A DNA stretch of 64,000 nucleotides. Source: Asterionella formosa. Lineage: Eukaryota. This document shows, in pieces, positions 12,751 to 23,900 of this stretch. Below the pieces are notes generated by a model. It was not told the DNA's origin, did not search any database, and worked only from the letters and a program-made list of their open reading frames with translations. The translations under genes were made by a program, and so were the position numbers. Where the stretch lies: NCBI GenBank assembly GCA_002256025.1, contig NKIB01012718.1, positions 1 through 64,000 on the forward strand, given 5' to 3'. Each line of letters starts with the position of its first letter. The first letter of the stretch is position 1.

Positions 12751-13275
12751 TAGGTGAACTTTGAAATAGCATCAGTACATAATTTTTGGCGAGATCTTGC
12801 TTCGAATTTTTTTTACTATGCCAAATAATCAGATTTCCCCCGAATTTCCGAGTCTTTTTAGCCTAGTTAAAAAACTTAAGTTCCTTTCTGCAGTTTCTGA
12901 CCAGATCCTATATACTGACGATATATAGAGTGGACCTACACCCCTACTTTGTACGAAGACTGTATGTAAGCATTTGGAAAGGGTGTGTATTGGTGAAAGC
13001 TCCGTGGAGCGTTGTCCAATTTTGATTTATATGTGGAAAGTATGTGTTTGATTACCGGTAGTCTGAATCAATTTTTATCTTTTTAACCCTACCTCCAAAT
13101 GTACTGCTCGGGGGAGCACTTGGGATACCGGTATATATTATTCGACAGCTCCTTGACGTCCATATTTCTCCCTCGGTGGTCCAATGAAAGGTTAGCGCCA
13201 TTTGACCACTACATAACAATTAATTATTACAGCCTTCCATACACAGCACATCCAATTCATTTTCAAGAAAAGCCG

Positions 13276-15087
13276 ATGAAGATTGGTGTTTCAGCCTTAA
13301 CCCTCCTTGTACTCCTATTCCACCAACAAAACGCGTTTGCAGCCCCTTTTCTGCACGGCACGAAAGATAGTATGTCATCTTGGACTGTAAAGTGCACGGA
13401 CGTGCCTCAGTTTGACGCCCTTCAATCGGCTGCGGATCACTTTCTATGCGACGACCAGTTACACCTTCGAAATCTTTGCAATGATTCAGCTCGTTGCGCT
13501 GGATTGACTGCTCTGCATCTCTCGCCTGGATCCAGAAAAATAATTCTAGATTACAGTCGTCAGCAAGTGACAGGTGAAACTATGGAATTGCTCTTTGACT
13601 TGGCAGACGCAGTTGGATTTACAGACCGACGTGCTGCAATGTGGTCTGGAATGCGCATCAACACGACTGAACGTCGAGCTGTTCTCCATCACGTTCTTCG
13701 CATGCCGAAAAACTATAATATACCAGACCATCCCTTAGTTGCGTCCAAGCTCAAGGATGTGCACAGGGTAAGATCTCAAATTAAAGACTTTACTGACAAT
13801 GTACGCAATGGGCTACACATGAGCGTGACAGGAAAGAAATTCAAGAATTTTGTTTGCATTGGCATCGGAGGATCACAGCTAGGACCAGAGTTTGTTTACG
13901 AAGCCCTCAAGCCAGACCCCACTGCCGAAGCTGCAGCTGGAGGAAGAACCTTACGGTTTTTGGCCAACGTTGACCCAATTGACTTTCACTTATGTACACG
14001 AGATTTGGATCCTGCCGAAACATTGGTTATCGTTGTAAGCAAGACTTTTAGGACAGTTGAGACCATGTTAAACGCAAGACTAGTTCGCATGTGGCTCGTC
14101 AACTCGTTGGAAAATGAAGACCGACTCGAGGAAGATATCGTTGCCAGACACATGGTCGCTGTTAGTTGCGACGTGGAGCAGTGCATTCAATTTGGAATTC
14201 CACAGTCGAGAGTCTTTGGATTTTGGGACTGGGTTGGAGGTCGCTTTTCTGTTTGCTCTGCTGTAGGCTTGGTGCCCCTCTCGCTTCAATACTCTTATGA
14301 AGTCATGGAGAATTTCCTGGATGGAGCTTTCGACGTAGATGAGCATTTCTTTTTCGCTCCGCTAAGAAATAATATTCCCCTCATTCTCGGACTCTTGGGT
14401 GTCTGGAACTCAACCTTTATGGGATATGGTACAAGGGCTCTTCTTCCATATGCTCAAGCTCTCAAACGATTCCCGGCTCACATTCAACAAGTTGACATGG
14501 AAAGCAACGGGAAACGGGTTGCCTTGGATGGAACACCGTTGCTGCATCATAGTGGAGAAATTACTTTTGGAGAACCTGGAACAAATGGTCAACACTCCTT
14601 CTTCCAACTCATGCACCATGGACGTGTGATACCTGCGGATTTCATTGGCTTTATGGAATCTCAGCGACCCGTTGACATTGGACCAATAAGCAATCACGAT
14701 GAACTCATGTCCAACTTTTTCGCGCAACCCGATGCCCTAGCTTATGGCAACACAGTGACAGACTTGCTTCAAGAAGGAGTACCCGAAGAACTTCGAGAGC
14801 ATAGGGTATTTAGCGGAAACAGACCTTCCTCGTCAATTCTTATGACAAAGCTTGATGCTTTTGCGGTGGGACAGCTTTTAGCGTTGTACGAGCACAGAAC
14901 AGCTGTGCAAGGATTTATTTGGGGCATTAATTCATTTGATCAATTTGGTGTGGAATTAGGCAAAGATTTGGCAAAGCAATGCCGAGCGCAATTGATAGCA
15001 TCCCGCAACAATGGTGCGTCCGTGCAAGGCTTCAATGGATCAACTTCGTCCTTGTTGGAGGCCTACCTAGCTCATGGAAAACCTTAA
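13276..15087 (+). CDS. GPI: Glucose-6-phosphate isomerase, probably plastid-targeted
   Basis: [59 protein letters not shown] and FDQFGVELGK motifs. N-terminus MKIGVSALTLLVLLFHQQNA-FAAP looks like a signal peptide with Phe at +1. Confidence 0.92.
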   Translation: MKIGVSALTLLVLLFHQQNAFAAPFLHGTKDSMSSWTVKCTDVPQFDALQSAADHFLCDDQLHLRNLCNDSARCAGLTALHLSPGSRKIILDYSRQQVTGETMELLFDLADAVGFTDRRAAMWSGMRINTTERRAVLHHVLRMPKNYNIPDHPLVASKLKDVHRVRSQIKDFTDNVRNGLHMSVTGKKFKNFVCIGIGGSQLGPEFVYEALKPDPTAEAAAGGRTLRFLANVDPIDFHLCTRDLDPAETLVIVVSKTFRTVETMLNARLVRMWLVNSLENEDRLEEDIVARHMVAVSCDVEQCIQFGIPQSRVFGFWDWVGGRFSVCSAVGLVPLSLQYSYEVMENFLDGAFDVDEHFFFAPLRNNIPLILGLLGVWNSTFMGYGTRALLPYAQALKRFPAHIQQVDMESNGKRVALDGTPLLHHSGEITFGEPGTNGQHSFFQLMHHGRVIPADFIGFMESQRPVDIGPISNHDELMSNFFAQPDALAYGNTVTDLLQEGVPEELREHRVFSGNRPSSSILMTKLDAFAVGQLLALYEHRTAVQGFIWGINSFDQFGVELGKDLAKQCRAQLIASRNNGASVQGFNGSTSSLLEAYLAHGKP

Positions 15088-15114
15088 GCATCCTAGAAAA
15101 TAGCATAGTACTGA

Positions 15115-15295
15115 TCTCTGGGATCACCGGGACCTTCTGGAGTGGAGTCATTCAAGAGTAAAATCAACATAGTTAGTATATGGGGACATGGACTCTACTA
15201 CCTGTATTTCATCTCTGGGATCATCGGAACCTTCTGGATTGGAGTCATTCGAGAGTAAAATTAACATACCGGTACTATACAGGGACATGGACTCC
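15115..15295. repeat. Tandem duplication, unit about 97 bp
   Basis: ATCTCTGGGATCA.CGG.ACCTTCTGGA.TGGAGTCATTC.AGAGTAAAAT.AACATA...GGGACATGGACTC occurs twice, just after the GPI stop codon. Confidence 0.85.
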
Positions 15296-15846
15296 CGTCA
15301 CCGGTATTTGATTGTAGTCGATCAGGAATGTATGATGAATGTTATGGACCCAGGAACCTGCTACTCCTGGTACGCGGAGTACCTGGTGCTCCACAGGATC
15401 ACATAGGCAATACTCGGAGCACTTAATAATAGACCCACCGGGTACGTACCTGGTACCAGGGTACCAGTACCGGAATTATGTTCGAACACATTTTTGCCAC
15501 CACCGATAGGAATGCAGCATAATACCACGGAGTACCCGGTGCTGGTGCCAGGTACCTGGTACCACCTGGTACCTGGTACGATACACTGAGCAGGTACGGT
15601 AATATAATTCTCGTTCAATTTGTGGGGTTAGGGTTTTATCACAAAAGAATTATTACTACCAGTATGCGACCCCACATCATCATCATCGTCTGTCTGGATC
15701 GATCGAGATCTATCGACCAGAGGCCATGGCCATTTCCTGATCAATAGAACCTGGTACCTTGATACCAATTACCTCGCCAAAACCTGTTCCACAGAACAAA
15801 ACGGTGCTAGCTGCTGTGCGCTCCGTCCTAACGAAATTGAGTCACC

Positions 15847-16728
15847 ATGAAAGTCTTTCTGATTTACAGCGACAATGAGAATGAAGCACTTTTCAAGACA
15901 TTGAAAATCACTTTGCCGAAGTCTTGGAAGACTGGTCCTACCTCCAAATTGCTGGCTCAGTTTATCGAACACTACAATGAATCTTTGGGATTGAAACAAA
16001 ACTTGTTGGAAATTCGAGAAATGCATTTAGCTATTCGCCAAAACGAAAGCCTAGTCGCCTTGTGCTCAGATGCCGTTGTTATTGAAGTCATTCCTGACCG
16101 AGCAGATGTCTATGTTCTGCATGGTGCTTCAGTCACTCTTGCTGAGTCACAAGCGAATGCAGCAACTCTCAAGGCCCAAGCGGAACATGCAAAGGCAACA
16201 AATGTTGCATGTACTCACTTTGGATGTAAAAATCGTTTCCCCCCTGGTGGCCCCTACCCATCCTGCAAGTATCACAAAATGCCCCCTGTCTTTCACGAAA
16301 CAGTCAAGTTTTGGTCCTGCTGTCCCAGCAAGAAAGCCTATGACTGGAGTGACTTTGAAGCCATTCAGGGATGCTGTGAGGGTGCATGCACTGAAATCAA
16401 AGAAGAAGGCAAGCAATTCTTAGGCGGGACCGATCTTCGCCAGGAGTTGAATGGAGGCCCCAAACTCAAGAGTATTGATGATTTCAACATGGCACATGCA
16501 GCAGGAGGTGCGAATGCAGCGCCATTATTGGAGAAATTGCAATCTGTTTTGGAGGATTTGGGTGTTGAACGAGAGCTATTTGATCAAGTTGTTTCCGGTA
16601 TGAGGACTGAGTTGGAACCGCAAGTGGCAGGGGAGCCAGAGTTGCTACAGGCGATTGTAGAGCAGCTTGGAGGAAAACTCAAAGCAGCCATGAAGGCTGT
16701 GGCTGTAGATCAGCTAAGAATGAAATAA
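15847..16728 (+). CDS. Single CHORD-domain (Cys/His-rich Zn-binding) protein
   Basis: CTHFGCKNRF...CKYHKMPPVFHETVKFWSCCPSKKAYDWSDFEAIQGC follows the CHORD consensus; 293-aa open frame. Confidence 0.85.
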   Translation: MKVFLIYSDNENEALFKTLKITLPKSWKTGPTSKLLAQFIEHYNESLGLKQNLLEIREMHLAIRQNESLVALCSDAVVIEVIPDRADVYVLHGASVTLAESQANAATLKAQAEHAKATNVACTHFGCKNRFPPGGPYPSCKYHKMPPVFHETVKFWSCCPSKKAYDWSDFEAIQGCCEGACTEIKEEGKQFLGGTDLRQELNGGPKLKSIDDFNMAHAAGGANAAPLLEKLQSVLEDLGVERELFDQVVSGMRTELEPQVAGEPELLQAIVEQLGGKLKAAMKAVAVDQLRMK

Positions 16729-18159
16729 TCAACATGGCACTTGAGGCTGAAGTGAAAAGTACCTGACTGCATGGTCGTACCAGAATACGAAGTCAGTCAA
16801 ACTCGTCTCCTGAAATTCCTCATTTTTATCATAGCTTATTTGCCACTTGTGGTCAGTCCAGTCTGGACCTAATTATATTCATGATATGTTTGTGTCAACA
16901 ACGGTTATCACCAAGGATATGTTCCGGGCGACTCCTACCGGAAATAGCTTGTCGGCAGAAAACACTCCATGTACCAGTAAATCTACCTTGTGAGAGGTTC
17001 AGTGCACGTTCTCCTGGTACCAAGTAAAAGCAAGTACCTGGCACCGTAGAAATGGTGGTCCTTCGTTAGAATACGGTGTATTAGCCTTCTTACAGAAAAT
17101 AGCAAACTAAAAGGCACATGAAAAATCAGACTTGTCCTACCGGTATCATGTTTTAAAATAGGAACGCGTGATCTATATTGCTAGGGGTTAGGATGGCCAA
17201 TGGTAGTCAAGATATATGAACTATCAGTATCTAAAAAAGGCTAACTTATTCTATTAAATAAATGTTTCTAGCTTAATATTTCACCTCGCTTGTACCCCTG
17301 CTGCATCTATTACACCAACAGAGATTTGCATATACTGGAGAGTATCACAGAAACCCCAACAACCTGATCCATCAATCCCCATAAGCAAAGTGCTGACATT
17401 ATGACTTGCTGCCCTACCTAACTATACTGGTATCAGAAGCACCGGTCATCTAGTACAGAAATTAAAATGCAAATTCTTATTAGTTCCCATACTTCACCAA
17501 CCATAGTAGTGCACACAGGCAGTAAAAGGTGCTTCTTAGTTTGATCTGAAACAGCAAAGTTCCTGCATGTTTCATAGTAGATAAATTCTTCATAGGTAAG
17601 GTTCATTTCTGTTTCTAACTTGATCTACAAAATTTCATCCACTTCCTAATTACATTTTCGTCGATCTATATTCATGGGCTGTTGGGCCTAAATGCCCTTA
17701 ACTGAAGATTTCCTACATATTAGATGATGTGAATCAACAGTAGATCACATCTAGTTTGTTTTTGACTGTCCTTTGATTTATTGAAGATCTCTGTTCTAAT
17801 CTTTTCATTACCTATCAGCCTCCTTGACTACTGACACCAATATGCACATACAGCCCACTTCGAGACAATGGAGAATTAGCTACTTAGAAAAGTTGCTCAT
17901 ACATGCCTCAATAAAACAGTCTTTATACCCGTTGCCTTTGAAATAAAAACTCGGAGTGTCGTTTCAAGCAAAAAACTGGAGAAGAAAGTTTATAAGACGC
18001 TCATAAGTGGAATCAACAATCTACTTGTGTTACACCTTTACACAAAAGCTATTAGCTGAAGGCAATACACGGGTTTAATGCCTGCGAGTATACATGTGTA
18101 CTCGACTGGGATGACACTTTTAGGGTGACCTTCTTGCAGCATGGGTAACACCGGTGTAC

Positions 18160-19903
18160 TGCCCATCATTTAAAATAAATTTTATATATTTCATATGTTC
18201 GCATTTTGGCAAGACAACTGTCGCCAATTGCCCCTTGGTTTTCTAGCCCTGGGATTGCCGAAATCGGCAAGGGGTCTACTTAAGGAAACCATTCTATATG
18301 CTAAACAAACTTGATTAAATTATATCTAGTATTCACCTCATTTTTGTTTCTCGTCTGAAAAATGGAATCCGGCAATTCACCTTTTACCATGCCGATCATT
18401 GTCCATCATGCCCATTCAGCAGCGAAATGAGTTCATTGATGACACCAGTAGCAATTCGTTGTCAAACGGATGCGGTTGCTTGTTGGATTGTTTGTCTTCT
18501 CAAGGGATTCATTTAGTGCATAGTCCATGATATTTCGTCGGACAAACAATGATATCGGTACATCTGATGTTGGCGGCAAGGTTTTGCTCCGGTCATGTAT
18601 GTGATGCTTAACTGATATTCTAGTCATTAAGCCTACATACTTACGTGGTACTCAAAACAAACACGCAAGGTTTAAGCTAAACTTTAACGCTTCAATGCAT
18701 TGTTATAATATTCATGGTGTAGACTTGGTATTATCTTACAAGACTAGTATGTTAAATTATTTGCTTCACGTATTCATTGATTTTACGTATGCCCTATTTC
18801 ATCCTCAGAATTATTATAAATCACTCTACCCTGACTGCCGTAGCTCAATTTGGGCTTGAAACAGGAACTTTCGACTTCCTTTTGAGCCCATCGTCTGCTG
18901 TGTGTTACGCTTGTTAGAGCGGATCGGTGGGTACAACAGTGAAACACTGAATGTGACTGTAGATATTAATTTTCAAATTTGCGATTTGATTGCTTCCATG
19001 GTCCGTTTTGATCGCTTCCATCGTTGTTTGTCGTTCCACACTGCCTGTTGTTTTGATTCGATTGTAGCTATCTACACAAGGACCGATGTATGTATCAATG
19101 CCTACTCTTTGAAGATGTATTGTTGTTGATCTTATTTGTTGATTTGTATTGTTGTTGACCATGATGTCAAGAGCAATGTTGCCACCAAGCAATGCTTTTC
19201 TTGTAATGATGCGCTTTAATACCTTACCTTTCTACTACAAGTTCATATCACTAGCTACGTGTATTCAGCCTGAGGGAGTCAATAGTGCTGGAGCAGCCTG
19301 GCAATCACACTCGCTCAGAATGGAATGATCAGGATTGTTTGGTGGAAGGAATGACTGTGGCGGAAAGACTGCTACTGGTGTCAGGCTACTACATTGCTGT
19401 TCATGGTTGCAGCAATCAGATCATCTACACTACATAACGATGCAGGTCTAAATTGGGTTCACCTTTTTCTTCTTATTTTGGTCTTTGATTGTGTGGTGAT
19501 GGAAAGTCAATTGCGTGTAAGTACTACAATGTCACAATGCATATGTTTCCATTGAAACTCCTATTTTTTTCTTCATTTCTAACTCAAAATAATATTTTCT
19601 ATTTCTCATTTGATACTACTTATTACATCGCATTTCATACTTTGGTTGCTCCAAACGTCATGTTCAATTTTCATTGATGTAGCATGATGTTACAACCATT
19701 CTCATGTGTTTGACACTTGTTGTACCATTTTTATCTATATGACCATTATTCTGGCTGTCTTGCTAAAATCGGAAATTTTCAAGCTGAAAAATTTGATGTG
19801 CCCATTATTGCTACTAAATAAAAATTACTTAAGAAATTACTTAGAGCTTAAAAATCACTTAGAAGTACCCGAGTGGCATGATGATAGCTGGAGAGGGAAT
19901 TGC
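18160..19903 (+). repeat. Dispersed repeat family X, copy 1 (5'-deleted)
   Basis: Colinear with 55958-57962 and 58098-60070, for example CCCTGGGATTGCCGAAATCGGCAAGGG, CTCGCTCAGAATGGAATGATCAGG and TTACTTAGAAGTA.CCGA. Confidence 0.9.
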
Positions 19904-20935
19904 TATAATTACTGGTGCCATATGATGATGTGTGTAAGTGATTTATTAAAGGTGTTGGAGATTTTTACATGAGATATAAGGCAAAAGCAAACGAGGACAA
20001 ATGTGCAGACAAGCACACTCGTAAGTAAAATCTGACAATTTGCCCTGCATCACATCGAAGTCCTATGGTTGTGATGGTTGAAGGACTAGCCAAGTGGCAG
20101 GAAGGGTTTTAAAAATAAGGATTTGGCTCGGTTTAGTGATCTCATTGTTTGTGGATTCAATTCGACTTGGCCATGTGAAGGCTTCTATGCCATTCAGTAG
20201 GAACTACTAAATTGGAGTCCTACGAGTCTTTCCTCATCTGGGGTTACTTCTGGTACTTGGAACACAAATACTGGTAGTAAGTCACACTTCGTAACTTAGC
20301 TACACTTATTACCAAATTCTACGAGTACATTACTCAAATTAGTTATAGTAGTACAAAAAGGTATCACCATGCTATGCATGCATATATCTGACCACATAAA
20401 CGCAGTTACTGATGACTGAGGCGGGACCAGGGAATCTTGATTCGCAGAATTGAACAAGTGGACCTTCAGCATCCATGTAGACTCTCAACTCTCGACCATC
20501 AGTTTTCGACAGAAGAGCCTGGTCTCTTTTCTGCCCACCGGTAGGTATGGTACCAGGTACCTGGTATGATCTAGCGGCATATTAGACGCTAATATTTGTA
20601 AAAACAACCAGGTACCAGGTACCGAAGTCTACCGGTATACGGTACACAATAACGTGGTAGACAACCAGTACTGGGTACCAGTATAATCAGCCACATCTAT
20701 TTTTAGTATAATCAGCCAAATATATTTTTGGAAAACTAAGACGATACTACCTGGTACCCAAAACTCAACCTGGTAACCTGGTCCAGGTACCGGTACCAGG
20801 ATTTATACCAGACGGGTTTAGTTTATTTTTACTGACCGGTGAGGAGACTGGTTCTGGTACCTGGTAGACTACCGGTAGAACCCTGTGAGCCCAACCTCAT
20901 CTCGCTCATCGTTGACGATCGCAAGAAAGAAAGAA

Positions 20936-23900
20936 ATGACCACGGAAGAAACAACCGCGAATGTCAAGGCACTGGAATGTGGCCCTAGCCTGGCCGAGAT
21001 GGAACATGATACGGACAATGAACTCATTAACCACGTGCACTCCAGGTATTCTGTAGCAGCTGGTACTGTCAGCTCACTCCGAGATTCTTTGGCAGCTGAT
21101 GTTTTGACTACTACTGTACCCTTTGAATCGTTCACATCTCCTTTTGAAACTCCCGCGTCCATGAAATCAACACAGAAATTCTTATCCGTACCACTTGTCT
21201 ATTGCGACCAAACGGCATCCAATCGTCCTGTTCAATCCATTGAAGATTACGTGCAACAAACCTGTCTTCCATTCTACGGAAATACCCACACCAACACTAG
21301 TATTACTGGATCTCAGTCGACAGCCTTTGTTGCCGAAGCTCGACAGATTGTGGCGGAAGGAACAAATGCAAAAATTACAGGCAAGGCCAGTCTGGACGTG
21401 GTTCTCTTTGCGGGCAATGGAACGACAAGTGCTGTCGAGCTACTGATTGACTGCTTGGGACTGAAGTATGCTCCGCAAGGAACTAAACCAGTGGTATTTG
21501 TTGGACCATACGAACATCATTCCAATTTGGTACCGTGGAGGGAATCTGGGTGCGAAATTGTAATGGTACCTGAGCGAGAACACAAAGTTGACCTCCAGTC
21601 ACTGGCTGACTTGCTGCAAAAGGGGGAGTACGAATGCAGACTCAAAATGGGAACCTTTACTGCTGCTTCTAATGTGACTGGAAAAGTCAGCGACGTTGAT
21701 GCCATTGCAGCAACACTGCACCGCCACGGGGCCCTCGCTTTTTTTGATTATGCCACTGGCGCTCCCTACCTTCCGATGAATATGAACCCCCCTCCTTCAG
21801 TTCAATATCCATCACCTTCACTTATTGCCAAAGACGCCATTTTTTTTAGCCCGCATAAGATGCTAGGTGGTGTTGGAACACCTGGTGTATTGATTGTAAA
21901 GAAGACACTTGTCAATCAAGTGAATGCACCTTCAAGGTCTGGTGGAGGGACAGTATTTTATGTAACCAATAATCGTCATCGCTTTTTGAGTAATCGTATT
22001 GAAAGATACGAAGGAGGCACTCCAAATGTGGCGGGAATAATAAGGTGTGGATTAACTTTCCTTCTGAAACGAAAAACAGAGGAGAGATACCTGCTGGCAG
22101 CAGAGAAAGAAGGAGTTCCACCAACTCTATTAGAATACGAGTATTCGACATATCGCCAGGTGGTGAGAACTCTTAAAGAACGAGCACCAAATCTCCTCTT
22201 GCTCGGAGATGGGTCATCAGAGCACCTTCCCATACTTCCTTTTTTAATTCGTTGCGGTAGACGGTTTCTTCATTACAATTACGTTTGTGCTGTATTGAAC
22301 GACGTCTTTGGCATTCAATCCCGTGGTGGATGTCAGTGTTCAGGGCCCTACTCTCAGCGGTTGTTGGGATTGACGGAGATGACTCACGATGGCATTGAGG
22401 TCCCCAACGGAGTAAATGAGCAAGTTGAATATGCGTTAGTTCACTTCAAGGAACGAGCCGAGTTGCTACGACCTGGGTTTACTCGATTAAGTTTGCCTTT
22501 CAAGGGACTTCGTGATGAAGAAGTAGCCTATGTGGTGAAGGCTCTTGAGTGGGTTTCAAACCATGGGTGGGCTTTGATGTGCCAGTATCGCTGCAACCAT
22601 CGAACAGGAGAATGGAGACACTCTAATCGACAAGGGAAACCCTTAGGAACACAACGAAAGTGGCTTAGCCATTATGATATTTTGCCGACCGAGAAGCAAG
22701 ACACTCCAATGACAATTGAAAACAAACGAACAGTTCTTGAAGTGCTTAACCAGACAATGTTGAATGCCGATGCACTATTGTACGAAGCAAAACGAGACCA
22801 TCGCTTTATTGCCCAAGCCTTCAAGATGAATGAAGCCGGTGAGAGCCTTGGACAAGACGATGCCATGCTAGAGCAGCTCCGATGGTTTGTTTATCCCAAA
22901 GAGTGTTCGATATGGTTGACCCAAAAACTAGAATCGCCTCCGGAGACTCGCTCACATGAGATCCTTGGGGCCCTTAGACCACTCGTGATTGGTCTTGATG
23001 AAGTGGACCCGTTGGATGTCGAAAGCGTGAAGAGTGCGTTAAGCGGAGTTGAATTGCAGCAGTCGTATCAACGAAAAAGGAAAGCAAATAGTGCAATTGT
23101 TGACCCTCATGGTGACCATGTTACAAAAGGTCCTGTGGCACTCGTTGAGCCTGGGATTGCAACCCTTTTCGATTTCCAGGATGGGGAACATGGAGGTGCT
23201 GCTTCACTCGAGGAAATCCGAGCTGGCTTTGAGGATGGAGAAGTGTCTAGTAAATGTGTCATTTTTGATGCATTAAATGATAGTTGGCTCCCAATAGTCG
23301 AATTTTTTCTGGAAAAGAACAATGCGATACAGTTAACAACAGGTCCACTTCCAAGTAACGAAATGTTTGGGCCTGCAGAGCGGGTTCCTTCCTCAAACGA
23401 AGTTCATGCTTTCGGGCAAGTGAACGATACCAGAAATCAGAAGAAGAAACCGCCGCGGGACTGCTCTATGTGGGGACATGGTAATAAATTTAACCCTGTC
23501 AATTCAACAAATGCACACGGAGTTGAAGACGAGAAGAAAGAATCCAGCGAAGACGTGCACCTTAATCAGAATAATGCAATTTGGAAGCCATCGACGAATG
23601 GTTCTAAGGGAAAGGGCAAAAGGGGAAAGGGCATCAAACCTCCAGTGAAGCTGATGCGGATGATTACCCAAGCTATGGTGCAATGGAATATGATCGAAGA
23701 AGGTGATCGATTGCTGCTCGGTCTCTCGGGGGGGAAGGATTCTATGACTCTTCTTCATTGCCTGCTTGAGTTGCAAAGAAAACTTCCCATTAACTTCATT
23801 ATCGAGGTTTGTACTATTGATCCAATGACTCCATCGTTTGATCCCAGTCCACTTATTCCCTATGTTGAGTCTCTGGGTTTGAAATTTCATTACATCCGAG

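Larger units (their letters stand above)
10052..13101 (+). mobile_element. Degenerate Kolobok-like DNA transposon with two ORF remnants
   Basis: TTAA at 10048-10051 followed by GGTTGCTGCATTTGAAACCCTAG. The right subterminal region matches the fragment at 6415-6717, but the terminal repeat is partly deleted. Contains KolX/P2X7-ballast-like and transposase remnants. Confidence 0.65.

Noticed and set aside
13099..13275. N-terminal extension of the GPI ORF
   Set aside because: It begins at the transposon end, whereas the ATG at 13276 starts a convincing signal peptide.
18900..19200. Similar short ORFs in the repeat X copies (TTIHLQRVGIDTYIGPC)
   Set aside because: Explained by DNA-level repetition; frames are not preserved between copies.
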